Shown here one piece after another: positions 37,707 through 48,454 of a DNA stretch of 64,000 bases. Numbering within the stretch: position 1 is the first letter of the stretch; each line of letters opens with the position of its first letter. The position numbers were made by a program, and so were the translations under genes. The stretch lies in the IMG/VR virus record IMGVR_UViG_3300017788_000011, positions 67,486 to 131,485 of that record. One strand, 5' to 3'. The DNA is from a virus. The notes under the pieces are model-generated. The model was not told the origin of the DNA and did not search any database. It saw only the letters and a program-made list of their open reading frames with translations.

Positions 37707-40493
37707 ATGGCAAATAATCTATCATGGTTGCCTGGATTAATAAGTCAAGATGAAAGTGCCGTAAAATTTTTAAACGGCACTAATCTTGCATTTTCTGGGA
37801 TTGAAACTACTCTTGTTGACGGTCCTTCATTAAATGTTTTACATGATTTCAATGTAGATTCATATGCTTCCGCACACTATATAATTCATGCAGAGTGCGG
37901 CTCTGATCAAAGAGAAACACTGAATGTCAGTGTTGTAGCCAAATTAGGCAAAGCCTCAATCACAGTCTATGGAAGAATTAACACTGGTGTAAATCTCATA
38001 GATGTCTCTGCAGATATCGCAGACAGTATTTTAACAGTCTATGCTACACCCGCAGTTTCGGGACTGCAAAATGTCAAAGTCACTGCGTTTGCGACTCTGG
38101 CAGAAACATTGATAGGATCAGATTCCAGAGCCACAGTTTATTATTTTGTTGAAGTAGCAAATTCAAAATTTCAACTGAATGTTGGACCTTATTCAACAAA
38201 CACAGAAGCACCTGAATTAGTATTTTACAAAGGTTTAACTTATAGATTTGATCAAAGCGACAGTTCTAATGCCATAGATATGTTTGTTGTTGGTACTACT
38301 GCCGATGACACAGACGACATACAAGAGTTAGGTGTAACGTATTATCTCAACAATATAAAAGTATCTAAAACACAGTATCTCAACATGGAAGCCTATATGG
38401 CAGCCACCAGCAGATACGTTGAAGTAGTGGTCAGCGACACATATCCTGAATTACTATATTATTTCAGTGCAACAAACAATGATTTTGGTAACGATATCAC
38501 AGTTACCACACTCAGTGAAAGCGGCAGCAGTGGTGGCTCGGGTTCGGGAGGATCGGGCAGTGGAGGCGGTGGTCCAACATCGGGAGCAGACACTGCACTG
38601 AGTAATCTTGAATCCACAGCAATTAATGTTTCTTTATTGCCCGCAGTCACCGGCGGTATTGATCTTGGCAGCGCCAGCAAACGTTGGAGAGATCTGTACT
38701 TAACTGGTAACTCAATCATTCTTGGTGATGCCACTATTTCATCCACTGGGCCTGTGGTTAATTTACCTACAGGTTCAACCATTGGAGGAACACCCATTGG
38801 CAGTGGTGGCGGAGGCGGTGGGGCATCGGCCTTAACTGACTTAACTGATGTTTCTATTTCTTCTCCTTCTGTGGGACAGGTTTTAAAATACAACGGCGCC
38901 GGATGGTCAAATGCCTCAGACGAAACAGGCAGCGGTGGAGGTGGTGGCGGTAATGCGTTTGCCACCATTGAAGTAGCAGGACAAAGCAGTGTCATTGCCG
39001 AAACAACCAACGATACACTGACATTGGTTGCTGGACCAAACATTACATTAACAACCAATGCTGGGAGTGACAGCATCACAATCAGTGCTACCAGCGGCGG
39101 CAGCGGAGCCAGCGGAGTCAGTGCTGGCGTTGCTAACAGACTGGCTTATTATGCATCTTCCGGTTCTGTAGTACAAGACACCGGCAACGGATTACAATGG
39201 AACGGTAGTTTCCTACAAGTATTGGGAACAACCTATGTAACCGGTCAAAAAAATTACATGAGATTTCACTGGGATACACTCAGTGATTTAACAATTGAGG
39301 CTCCTCCACTACAGTGGAGAGGTATGGTCGCGTATGCCGCAGACACGGGAAAATTATATTATTCACATGCCGGCCTTTGGAATCGCGTGGCCAATTACAA
39401 TGAACTACCTACCAGTGCCAACGGCTTTGGTAGAATACAAGTAGACGGACAAGACACAGTTGAAGCAGATGCATCAGCAGACACTATTACTTTTGTTGCT
39501 GGTGCCGGCATGACAATCACTACCAATGCTACTAACGATATTGTTACATTTACATCATCGGGCGGTGGAGGTGGAGGTGGTATTACCATTGAAGATGCGC
39601 AGGATGCCGCCGCAAGTTTATTCACAGGCGGTACACATACTGGTATTACCTTTACCTATAACGATGCCAGCAACACTATCAATGCCACAGTGTCAGCAAC
39701 TGCTGGTATCTATACCGATGAACAGGCCAGAGACGCCGCTGGAAGTATTTTTACCAACGGTAGTCACACTGGCATTACATTCACAGTAAACGATGCCGCA
39801 GACAGTATTAACGCTGTGGTAAACTTTCCAACAATGTATTCAAATGAAGATGCGCAGGATGCTGCCGCATCGATGATCACATCAGCAACTCATACAGGCA
39901 TTAGTTTTGTTTATAACGACGGTGGAAATCAACTGGCTGCCACAGTTTCAAACGAATACATTCAAGATCAAGCAGCCGCATTGTTCAGCAGTGGTTCACA
40001 CAGCGGAATAAGTTTCAGTTACGACGATCTTAATAATAGAATCAATGCCACAGTTTCAGCAGTAGGTTCGACTACATTTAATTCATTGACTGATGTTACT
40101 TCTGCAGGACTAACTGTAGATGAAATAGCATACCAAGCAATTACCAGACTTGATGTCACCAACAGCGGTAGTTCAGCATATTTGTTTACACAATATACTG
40201 GCAACAATCCAACATTATATGCACTGTCAGGAACAACTATTGCATTTAAATTGTTAGCATCCGGACATCCTTTTAAAATACAAACAGGAGCAGGTGTTGA
40301 CTATAATGACGGATTAGTACATGTGGCCACAGACGGCACAGTGACCACAGGAGCGTTGGCCCAAGCAAAGAGTTCTGGTACATTATACTGGAGGATTCCA
40401 GCAGGAACTACAGGGTCCTACAAATATCAGTGTACAATACACGGAGGAATGCAAGGTACTATAACTGTCAAGGACATATCGGCGCTGGCATAA
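37707..40493 (+). CDS. Fibre protein with Gly linkers, 4 internal repeats and C-terminal cupredoxin-like domain
   Basis: LTDLTDV, DTLTLVAG modules; E.(A/I).D.AA...G.H.GI.F.Y.D repeats; GHPF...YQCTIHGGMQG. Confidence 0.75.
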   Translation: MANNLSWLPGLISQDESAVKFLNGTNLAFSGIETTLVDGPSLNVLHDFNVDSYASAHYIIHAECGSDQRETLNVSVVAKLGKASITVYGRINTGVNLIDVSADIADSILTVYATPAVSGLQNVKVTAFATLAETLIGSDSRATVYYFVEVANSKFQLNVGPYSTNTEAPELVFYKGLTYRFDQSDSSNAIDMFVVGTTADDTDDIQELGVTYYLNNIKVSKTQYLNMEAYMAATSRYVEVVVSDTYPELLYYFSATNNDFGNDITVTTLSESGSSGGSGSGGSGSGGGGPTSGADTALSNLESTAINVSLLPAVTGGIDLGSASKRWRDLYLTGNSIILGDATISSTGPVVNLPTGSTIGGTPIGSGGGGGGASALTDLTDVSISSPSVGQVLKYNGAGWSNASDETGSGGGGGGNAFATIEVAGQSSVIAETTNDTLTLVAGPNITLTTNAGSDSITISATSGGSGASGVSAGVANRLAYYASSGSVVQDTGNGLQWNGSFLQVLGTTYVTGQKNYMRFHWDTLSDLTIEAPPLQWRGMVAYAADTGKLYYSHAGLWNRVANYNELPTSANGFGRIQVDGQDTVEADASADTITFVAGAGMTITTNATNDIVTFTSSGGGGGGGITIEDAQDAAASLFTGGTHTGITFTYNDASNTINATVSATAGIYTDEQARDAAGSIFTNGSHTGITFTVNDAADSINAVVNFPTMYSNEDAQDAAASMITSATHTGISFVYNDGGNQLAATVSNEYIQDQAAALFSSGSHSGISFSYDDLNNRINATVSAVGSTTFNSLTDVTSAGLTVDEIAYQAITRLDVTNSGSSAYLFTQYTGNNPTLYALSGTTIAFKLLASGHPFKIQTGAGVDYNDGLVHVATDGTVTTGALAQAKSSGTLYWRIPAGTTGSYKYQCTIHGGMQGTITVKDISALA
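39591..40060 (+). repeat. Four ~36-41 aa peptide repeats (EDAQDAAASLFTGGTHTGITFTYNDASNTINATV-like)
   Basis: Visible in translation; GAAGATGCGCAGGATGC identical in copies 1 and 3. Confidence 0.85.
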
Positions 40494-40537
40494 CCAATTT
40501 TTACAAAAAATAAATATACTAACAAAGAAGAAAATTC

Positions 40538-41269
40538 ATGACAGCAGCCATAGTAAAACAGTTTAAAGCAGAAGGCGGTTTTGTAACAGGACCAGAAAGT
40601 AATTTTGGTGTTGTTACTGCTACAAGACTTCAAGTAGATAACCTCAGACTTGATTTAAACACTATCACGGCTACAAATACCAACGGTAATATCAATCTTG
40701 TCACCACAGGTACTGGTGCAGTGGTTGTTGACCAATTAGCAGTTAACACTGTCAACGCTTTTGCAATCACTGGTAACTTAACTGGCAATGTCACTGGTAA
40801 CTTAACTGGCAATGTCACTGGTAACTTAACTGGCAATGTCACTGGTAATATTATCAGCACAGGCATTTCAGCATTTAACAATGCCACAATTTCTGGCGGC
40901 TCGATCAATGGAGTGCCAATAGGCACTGGGTCAGCAAACACTGGACGATTCACTACATTAACAGCAACATCTGGAATAACTGGTGCAATAGGTAATTCTA
41001 CAAAAAACACAGGACAATTTACATTTTTAACTGCTGACAATAATGTAACTTTTTCTTCAGAAACGGAAAGTACTACTATTACATCGGGCGCATTAACCGT
41101 AGCCGGCGGCATCGGTGTTGTAAAGAATGTAAATATTGGTGGTGAGCTATCAGTAATAGGCACAGTTTCGGCAGCAGATCCTGTGGCCAGCAGTGATGTA
41201 ACTACAAAAATTTATGTTGATACTGCCAACGTTAAAAATTTAGCGTATGCAGTGGCATTTGGATTATAA
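40538..41269 (+). CDS. Fibre-like virion protein
   Basis: GNLTGNVT repeats, GALTVAGGIGV.KN, TKIYVD; TAAATA 40511-40516. Confidence 0.75.
   Translation: MTAAIVKQFKAEGGFVTGPESNFGVVTATRLQVDNLRLDLNTITATNTNGNINLVTTGTGAVVVDQLAVNTVNAFAITGNLTGNVTGNLTGNVTGNLTGNVTGNIISTGISAFNNATISGGSINGVPIGTGSANTGRFTTLTATSGITGAIGNSTKNTGQFTFLTADNNVTFSSETESTTITSGALTVAGGIGVVKNVNIGGELSVIGTVSAADPVASSDVTTKIYVDTANVKNLAYAVAFGL
40767..40848 (+). repeat. Perfect 24-nt tandem repeat, about 3.4 copies (TCACTGGTAACTTAACTGGCAATG)
   Basis: Copies start at 40767, 40791, 40815, 40839; encodes TGNLTGNV. Confidence 0.95.
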
Positions 41270-41281
41270 CGGAAAAATATA

Positions 41282-44200
41282 ATGGCAAAAAAACGAATTC
41301 GTAATTATACATTTACTCCAGGTGTATCTGGATTAAGCAACGCATATCCTAATGCGTATTATTTGATAACCCAAAATGCTGAATTTATCAAAGACGAAGC
41401 ATCTAAGTTTATCGATCAACAGGTTGCCATTGACACTGCGATAAATTTATATCCACATGCAGGGGTATTATTAACTAATAATAAGAATTTTTTACGCTAC
41501 GAAACCACAGAATGGATCGGTAGACAAGTAAGTCAAGCAATTACATATACACCTACAGGTGCTTCTTATAATCCCGCGACTGGTGTAATGACACTGACCA
41601 TCGGTGCGCATTCTTTGGCCATTGGTGATGTTATTAGTATTGCCGCAGGCAGTTTAGATTTTACCTGCGCATTAGACGGAAATGTATCTGTAAAATCATA
41701 TCCCAGAGCATCTGGCGTACCAAATCCCTCAGGCACTGATCCGGTTTATGATAACCCAGTAATCATTACCGCAGTTGGCGCAACAACAATCACAGTAAAT
41801 GTCGGAATTAGTTCAGATACATCTGCACATACATTTGTCAGTGCTGATCCTGCGGCCATCACTGTGGGCTTTTCTGGATTTACCTACGACATTGATAAGT
41901 GTCGCAGAGATGTGGGCTATGTTATAGACGCATATATCAACGATCTAAGATACGGTGGCAATGAAGAAACCAGAGAAGTAGCATCTTTATATTGGGTAGG
42001 AGAAACTCCTCAAGTAGACGGAGATAGATATCCAGAAATAGCCTCACACGAATTTCTAAGATTTTTAATCAACAATTATATTTTTACCAGAACAGTCTGG
42101 CCAGCTCTGCAAGGAACCTACACACAAGATGTCACCGGTTCTAACGGAGAATCAGGATCGGATACCAGAATTACTGAGTTAGCCACTGTGATTAAAACTG
42201 TGATCAAAGGCGGTCTAAGTGCTATGCCGGCGATCAGTTACGGTGCTACTTTTGCTAATTATACATTTAATGATGCCAAATGCCAGCGTGATATTGGTTA
42301 TGTGTTAGATGCATATCTATGGGATATTAGATACGGCGGAAATAGAAATACTCGAGAAGTTGCTTCAAGATATTGGGTTGACGATACTCCCCAAGTTGAC
42401 GGAGATCGAACCCCAGAAATTGCCACACACAATTTCATCAGAGATTTAATTAACAATTACATTTTAACAAACACTGCCTACGCTTCATTGCAATCACCGG
42501 TAGTTACTACTCAGACCATTGATCTAACTAAACCGCTTGAAAGCGGAGTGCAGGCCAGAGTTACCACGCTGTCAGGAGTAGTAACTACTGTTATTGCTGG
42601 CGGTTTAGGATCATTACCTGCCTTGGTCAATGGTGCAGGCACTGTCAGTATTGGCGGCAAGTGGACTCGAGATCAGTTATTGTTGATCACTAACGTACAG
42701 TCAAATGTGATTCTTTATAATTTTGCAGATCCAAATGCTGGTGCAATTTTAACAGAACGCGATCCTACTGATCCGGATATTGACACAGAAATTAACTATG
42801 GTTTTACTCGTATCACACTAAACGTAGATACCAGTTCTATGAGTTCAACCGATTTCATTCAAATCTTTGTTGAAGACTATGAAGAACTTAGAACAAGACC
42901 CTATGATTTTGGCACAGATGCTATCGAACGCCAGCGTGTGGCTAATTCACAGGCCATGCTTGACGCTGACTTTGAATACGGGTTACAACCCACTAAGTGG
43001 CAGGCACTGTCGTTGGCTCGTTCATATCCGGGATCCTATGAAGTACCAGGAACTGATACACCAGTGACAGTTATAACCACTGATGCTTCAACCGGCACTG
43101 GCGGTATTGGTCAGTCGTTAATCACCGTCACAACCAGCGGTGCTCATGGATTATCCCCAGGACTTCCTTTTACTATTAGAGCACTGAATGCCGCAGTTAC
43201 CGGGTTCTCCAGAGCAGAAGGTGTGTTTACAGTTAATACCACACCAAGCTCTACACAGTTTACCTATTATGCCAAGGCTAAGGTAGGTACTATCGCCGGA
43301 ACAGAATTACAAGAAACTTATACATTAGTAAGACGCGGTGCTTTTTATACCGGTGCAGATATTGGAACTCCAACATTTACTGTTTTCAGTCAAGGTAGTT
43401 CAGGAACGTTTACACCAGCACTGACAGTACCTTCAGGATCTACCGTGATTCCTTATGCAGGATCTATTCCGCCAGTTAATGCTCCTGTCACAGCATCTGG
43501 ATTTATTACTTTAGGAACTACTATTTCAGCAGTCACTGGTACAGGATCATCGAACACTGTGTCATACACCGGACTCACAGGAACAAACGTCAGCGGAATC
43601 GGTGTAAATGCAGAGTTTGACGTTGACAGAACTTCGGGAGTATACACAGTAACCGTTACAGATGGCGGAACAGGATACGCAGTTAACGATCAAATTATTA
43701 TATACGGAACATCATTAGACGGAACCAGTCCCGGTAACGATATTTTAATTACTGTAGCGACAGTTGACGGCATCACAGGGGAAATTCTAACAATTACCTT
43801 TACTGGTTCAGGTATTGCATCCGGTATTACAGTTACACAATCATTATCAGACACTGCCCCGTCCGGAACTTCTACATTGGTATTCACTGACAGCACAGGA
43901 ATTATTCCAGGCCTGGCTTTTGATCGAGGCGACGGATCTGTAACAGTAGTAACCGATGTTACAGGAACAACAGTAACCGTTTCAAGACCGCTGACTTCGA
44001 TATTTACTGGTGCTACAGCAACATTCAGTTCTGTATCTGCAACAGGAATTATTGGAGACGGTGTTGGCGCAGTATTTGATGTTAGTAGAACTGGAACATT
44101 GTATACTCCGACTGTTGTTGCCGCAGGACTTGACTACGAAGTTGGCGATACACTGTTAATCACAGGAGATTCATTAGGTGGAAATTCACCAGCCAATGAT

Positions 44201-47200
44201 CTTGTAATGACAGTGTCATCTATTGGAGTTTCTGGAGCACTCACAGGAGTAACATCTACAGGTATTGCTTTTGATTCGGTGACTTACAATGCTGTGACCA
44301 CAACAAATGTCACAGGTCAAGGTACGTCGGCAGCATTTGATGTTGAAAGAACAGGCACAGCCTATTCTGACATAATTATTGCCACAGCAGGTACTGGATA
44401 TGTAGCCGGAGATAAGTTTACAGTTGCTGGCACAGAAGTTGGCGGAGTAACACCAGCCAACGACATAACAATCACAGTTTCCACAGTCAACGGCCTTGGA
44501 GGAATCACTGCTGTTACTTGGACCGGTACTGCGGCAATAGGAACCAACAGTTATGTTTCACCGGCAGTTGATTCAACTTCGGGCATAGGAACAGGAGCGG
44601 ACTTTACTGTAGACACGTCGGGCACTACCTATTCAGTGACAGTAACAGACACCGGAGATACAACCAGAACTCCAGCAGTGCCCGCGGCCACAGGAGTTAC
44701 AAATTCTACAGCCAATTTTAAATATGGTACTGCAAGTTTATTAGTATTAAACTCTATCAGTCCATCAACAGCAACAGATTATCTAACAATACCCAGCAGT
44801 GCCGATTATCAATTCGGTTCGGGAGATTTTACCGTTGAATTTTGGTTTAGAAGAACTGCCGGCGGGGCGAATCAAACTTTATTTGACATGCGCAACGCTT
44901 CTACAGATACAGCAGTGCTGTTAGGATTAAATGCTTCTAATCAACTATACTTCTTTGTCAACGGCAGCGCCGCAATAACTGGCACTACCGGCACTGTGTT
45001 AAACACTTGGAATCATTTGGCACTGTCTCGAGTTAGTGGCAATACCTATCTGTTCTTAAACGGAGTTCAAGAAGGATCAACATACACTGATTCAACAGTA
45101 TATGCATTACGCCCAATTGTTATTGGCGCAGATTATACAGGCGGTGGTGACGGATTTGTAGGTTTCATTGACGATCTAAGGATTAGCAAAACATTAGGCA
45201 GATATTCTTCAACCTTTACACCGCCGACTGCGGCTTTAGTTCACGATTCTAACACAAACTTATTATTGCATTTTGATGGTTCTAACGGTACAGCCACATT
45301 TGAAGACGATGTTGGTGGCTATAAAACTGGGGATACTATTACAATTCTTGGAACAGAGCTTGGAGGAGCAACCCCAGCCAACGATTTAACCATAACAGTT
45401 ACAGGGGCAACTGCTGGACAGATTGAAACGGTCAGTGCTGCCGGAACTGCCTTAGATGAAGACACATATTCTGCTGTAGCAACAACACTAATAACTGGTC
45501 AAGGAACTGGTTTCTTTGTAGATGTTATTACCAACGGAACAGCCTACGAAACAGTGTCATTAGATACATCCGGCAGTGGATATATTGTAGGCGATATAGT
45601 CAGAGTTTTAGGCACAAATCTTGGCGGAGCAACACCAGCAAACGACCTTAGATTAGAAGTTACTGCTGTAGGCAGTGGCGGTGCAGTGGGCTCATTCAGC
45701 GTTCTTTCAGGTACAGCCGCAGTAAGTACCGATTCTTTTACCACACTATCACCTACTAATATTGAAACTCGAGGCAGCGGTGCTTTGTTTACTATTGGAA
45801 AAGCCGCTGCCGCTTATACTTTAAATGCCATTGAAGGACCTGGCGGTGACGATTATGTTGTAGGAAATAAACTACAGATTTTAGGAAATCAATTAGGCGG
45901 AACCATAGGCCTACATGATTTAACATTGACAGTTACCAGTGTAGATACCAGCGGTTCTATCGTTTCTGGAACAGTGTCAGGAACTGCCTCTGGCGGAACT
46001 CCAGTGAATTTTTATTCTACTGTGACTATTTCTGATCCTACAATTGAACAGTTAACCATAGTTAACTCTATTGCATTTGCAGCCATTGCCATAGTAGAAG
46101 TTAATTTTACATCTAATCACGGTTTAGTACCCGGCGCTGCCGTATTGATTAATATTTCATCTACTGGACTAAATCAAAACTTAGCATCAGGACCGTTCTT
46201 TGTCGAACAGGTGCCAACTTTGACCAGTTTTAGATACACTGCCAGAGCACAGGGAAACATCAATACCGTTGGTCTTGCTGGTACTGTTTACGCCAGGGTA
46301 GATACTTTCTTCCAACACAGACCATTTGACGGTGGAGTTCAACTCGGCACTGGAGGTCCACAACACGGCGCCCAAGCCATACGTATGAGTAAAAACTACA
46401 TTCGTTATCAGTCTGGTAAAGGTTTAATGTACACTACGGGTGCCTTGTTTGCACCAAGTTACGATATTTTAAATCTATCGTCTGCAGGAACAGCAGTAGG
46501 CAGTACTATAACAGCAGAAACAGACGATGTAGATCACGGTCTACAGATAGGTGCAGATGTTAGAATAATAGGCATTGAAACCACAGGTTATAATAACGAT
46601 TATGTTGTTACATCGATCATCGACGAAAGAACATTTACAGTAACAGCAGTACAACAACTTGGCTCTACCACTGCAACACTGACCAGTCAGGCACAGATTT
46701 CTCTCTATCGCTGGAGTGGTGCTACTGTACGTGCAGGCTGTTTTGATGATCAAAACGGAATGTTCTGGCAATACAACGGACAACGTTCGGCAGTTGGGGT
46801 TAGATCTGGAACATTCCAGTTAGCCGGCAGCGTTACTGCAACTCCCGGCTCAAACTTAATAACAGGCCTTAACACAAGATTTAGAGATCAACTCAAAGCC
46901 GGTGATAAAATTATTATTCGAGGTATGACTCATACGGTCACTGCAATACCTAATCACACAACGTTGTATATGGCCCCGGATTATCGAGGCTCCAACACCA
47001 GTAATAAAGTCAAACTTTGTAAAATCATTGATAGATTATTCTATCAAAAAGAATGGAATAGAGATTTTGCAGACGGGACCGGACCATCCGGATATAACAT
47101 TGACATCACAAAGATGCAGATGATCGGAATTCAATACACATGGTATGGTGCTGGTTTTATTGATTGGATGTTGCGTGGTAAAGAAGGTAACTTCCTATTT

Positions 47201-48454
47201 GTACACAGAGTTCGTAACAACAACGTGAACACAGAAGCATTTATGCGTTCTGCCAACTTACCAGTGCGCTATGAAGTTGTCAACGATGGTGCTCTGGGTC
47301 AATTGGCCACAGATGTGTCTGTGTCAGATACAACGTTAACATTAACATCCGCAGAAGATTTTCCAGACACCGGTACTGTATACATTGACAACGAATTAAT
47401 TACCTATAGTTCTAAAAACGATACACAATTATTAGGTTTGGTCAGAGGCACAAATTTACAGAATTTTGCCGCAGGATCAACAAGAACTTATTCTGCAGGT
47501 GCAGCCGCAGCTCACGATGATAAGACCGGTGTAATCTTGGTCAGCAATAGAACCAGCCCAGCAATTAGTCACTGGGGTAGTGCTTACTTAACAGACGGCG
47601 GTTTTGATACTGATCGAGGTTATTTGTTTAACTATCAGGCTACTTCGTTTATTGCGTCAACTACTCGTGCCACAGCGTTCTTAATTAGATTGGCTCCGTC
47701 AGTGTCAAATGCCATTGTTGGAGATCTTGGAGAAAGAGAACTGATTAATAGAGCGCAGTTGTTACTGCAAGGTATTGAAGTTACTGCTGGTACTGGTAGT
47801 GCTTCTGGTATTGTTATTGAAGGAATTCTTAACCCCAGTAACTATCCAACAGATCCCACACTGGTTGACTGGCGTACATTGGCTAACCCGTCGCTGGGAG
47901 GCCTGCCATCATTTGCACAGGTAGCACTGGGCACGTCTGTGACATGGAATAACGCATTCACAGTTACATTTGATGCTGTCACACAGCGGTATAATGCTAA
48001 CAGATTATATTATGCTGATTTCGTGGCCACAGATGTAGCCAACGTTAGATTAGGTATGACTGTGGGATCACCTACAGCAGGTGTAGCCGCAGTTATTCCG
48101 GGTGGTACAACAGTGTCTGGTATTGGCGGTATCTTTAACGTCGGCGGAACAAACTTCAGAACTATCTTCTTTAGTCGTTCGTTTACTGGCAACGTTCCTC
48201 AGGGATCAACTATTTCGTTTAGCTCTATTGCGTCTTTTGCGGCTCCCGGTGAAACTATTTTCTCATTCGTGGGATTACCTTCGCAACAAACAGCATTGGA
48301 TCTTACAGCACTGAAAGAAATTACCAATACAGCAATTGGTGGACGAGGAATGTATCCCAATGGTCCAGACGTGTTGGCTATCAACTGCTACTTAACTGGC
48401 GGTAGTAACCAAGAAGTTTCAATTGTGTTGCGTTGGTCAGAGGCGCAGGCCTAA
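41282..48454 (+). CDS. Giant (2390 aa) virion structural protein with duplicated KCxRDxGY domain, Gly/Thr repeats and LamG domain
   Basis: Uninterrupted ORF; DFTVEFW...WNHLAL...GFIDDLRIS (LamG/ConA); GG.TPAND repeats; DADFEYGLQPTKW. Confidence 0.85.
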   Translation: MAKKRIRNYTFTPGVSGLSNAYPNAYYLITQNAEFIKDEASKFIDQQVAIDTAINLYPHAGVLLTNNKNFLRYETTEWIGRQVSQAITYTPTGASYNPATGVMTLTIGAHSLAIGDVISIAAGSLDFTCALDGNVSVKSYPRASGVPNPSGTDPVYDNPVIITAVGATTITVNVGISSDTSAHTFVSADPAAITVGFSGFTYDIDKCRRDVGYVIDAYINDLRYGGNEETREVASLYWVGETPQVDGDRYPEIASHEFLRFLINNYIFTRTVWPALQGTYTQDVTGSNGESGSDTRITELATVIKTVIKGGLSAMPAISYGATFANYTFNDAKCQRDIGYVLDAYLWDIRYGGNRNTREVASRYWVDDTPQVDGDRTPEIATHNFIRDLINNYILTNTAYASLQSPVVTTQTIDLTKPLESGVQARVTTLSGVVTTVIAGGLGSLPALVNGAGTVSIGGKWTRDQLLLITNVQSNVILYNFADPNAGAILTERDPTDPDIDTEINYGFTRITLNVDTSSMSSTDFIQIFVEDYEELRTRPYDFGTDAIERQRVANSQAMLDADFEYGLQPTKWQALSLARSYPGSYEVPGTDTPVTVITTDASTGTGGIGQSLITVTTSGAHGLSPGLPFTIRALNAAVTGFSRAEGVFTVNTTPSSTQFTYYAKAKVGTIAGTELQETYTLVRRGAFYTGADIGTPTFTVFSQGSSGTFTPALTVPSGSTVIPYAGSIPPVNAPVTASGFITLGTTISAVTGTGSSNTVSYTGLTGTNVSGIGVNAEFDVDRTSGVYTVTVTDGGTGYAVNDQIIIYGTSLDGTSPGNDILITVATVDGITGEILTITFTGSGIASGITVTQSLSDTAPSGTSTLVFTDSTGIIPGLAFDRGDGSVTVVTDVTGTTVTVSRPLTSIFTGATATFSSVSATGIIGDGVGAVFDVSRTGTLYTPTVVAAGLDYEVGDTLLITGDSLGGNSPANDLVMTVSSIGVSGALTGVTSTGIAFDSVTYNAVTTTNVTGQGTSAAFDVERTGTAYSDIIIATAGTGYVAGDKFTVAGTEVGGVTPANDITITVSTVNGLGGITAVTWTGTAAIGTNSYVSPAVDSTSGIGTGADFTVDTSGTTYSVTVTDTGDTTRTPAVPAATGVTNSTANFKYGTASLLVLNSISPSTATDYLTIPSSADYQFGSGDFTVEFWFRRTAGGANQTLFDMRNASTDTAVLLGLNASNQLYFFVNGSAAITGTTGTVLNTWNHLALSRVSGNTYLFLNGVQEGSTYTDSTVYALRPIVIGADYTGGGDGFVGFIDDLRISKTLGRYSSTFTPPTAALVHDSNTNLLLHFDGSNGTATFEDDVGGYKTGDTITILGTELGGATPANDLTITVTGATAGQIETVSAAGTALDEDTYSAVATTLITGQGTGFFVDVITNGTAYETVSLDTSGSGYIVGDIVRVLGTNLGGATPANDLRLEVTAVGSGGAVGSFSVLSGTAAVSTDSFTTLSPTNIETRGSGALFTIGKAAAAYTLNAIEGPGGDDYVVGNKLQILGNQLGGTIGLHDLTLTVTSVDTSGSIVSGTVSGTASGGTPVNFYSTVTISDPTIEQLTIVNSIAFAAIAIVEVNFTSNHGLVPGAAVLINISSTGLNQNLASGPFFVEQVPTLTSFRYTARAQGNINTVGLAGTVYARVDTFFQHRPFDGGVQLGTGGPQHGAQAIRMSKNYIRYQSGKGLMYTTGALFAPSYDILNLSSAGTAVGSTITAETDDVDHGLQIGADVRIIGIETTGYNNDYVVTSIIDERTFTVTAVQQLGSTTATLTSQAQISLYRWSGATVRAGCFDDQNGMFWQYNGQRSAVGVRSGTFQLAGSVTATPGSNLITGLNTRFRDQLKAGDKIIIRGMTHTVTAIPNHTTLYMAPDYRGSNTSNKVKLCKIIDRLFYQKEWNRDFADGTGPSGYNIDITKMQMIGIQYTWYGAGFIDWMLRGKEGNFLFVHRVRNNNVNTEAFMRSANLPVRYEVVNDGALGQLATDVSVSDTTLTLTSAEDFPDTGTVYIDNELITYSSKNDTQLLGLVRGTNLQNFAAGSTRTYSAGAAAAHDDKTGVILVSNRTSPAISHWGSAYLTDGGFDTDRGYLFNYQATSFIASTTRATAFLIRLAPSVSNAIVGDLGERELINRAQLLLQGIEVTAGTGSASGIVIEGILNPSNYPTDPTLVDWRTLANPSLGGLPSFAQVALGTSVTWNNAFTVTFDAVTQRYNANRLYYADFVATDVANVRLGMTVGSPTAGVAAVIPGGTTVSGIGGIFNVGGTNFRTIFFSRSFTGNVPQGSTISFSSIASFAAPGETIFSFVGLPSQQTALDLTALKEITNTAIGGRGMYPNGPDVLAINCYLTGGSNQEVSIVLRWSEAQA

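Noticed and set aside
40767-40848. CRISPR-like array (also 13808-13903)
   Set aside because: Head-to-tail in-frame coding repeats with no unique spacers; no cas genes.
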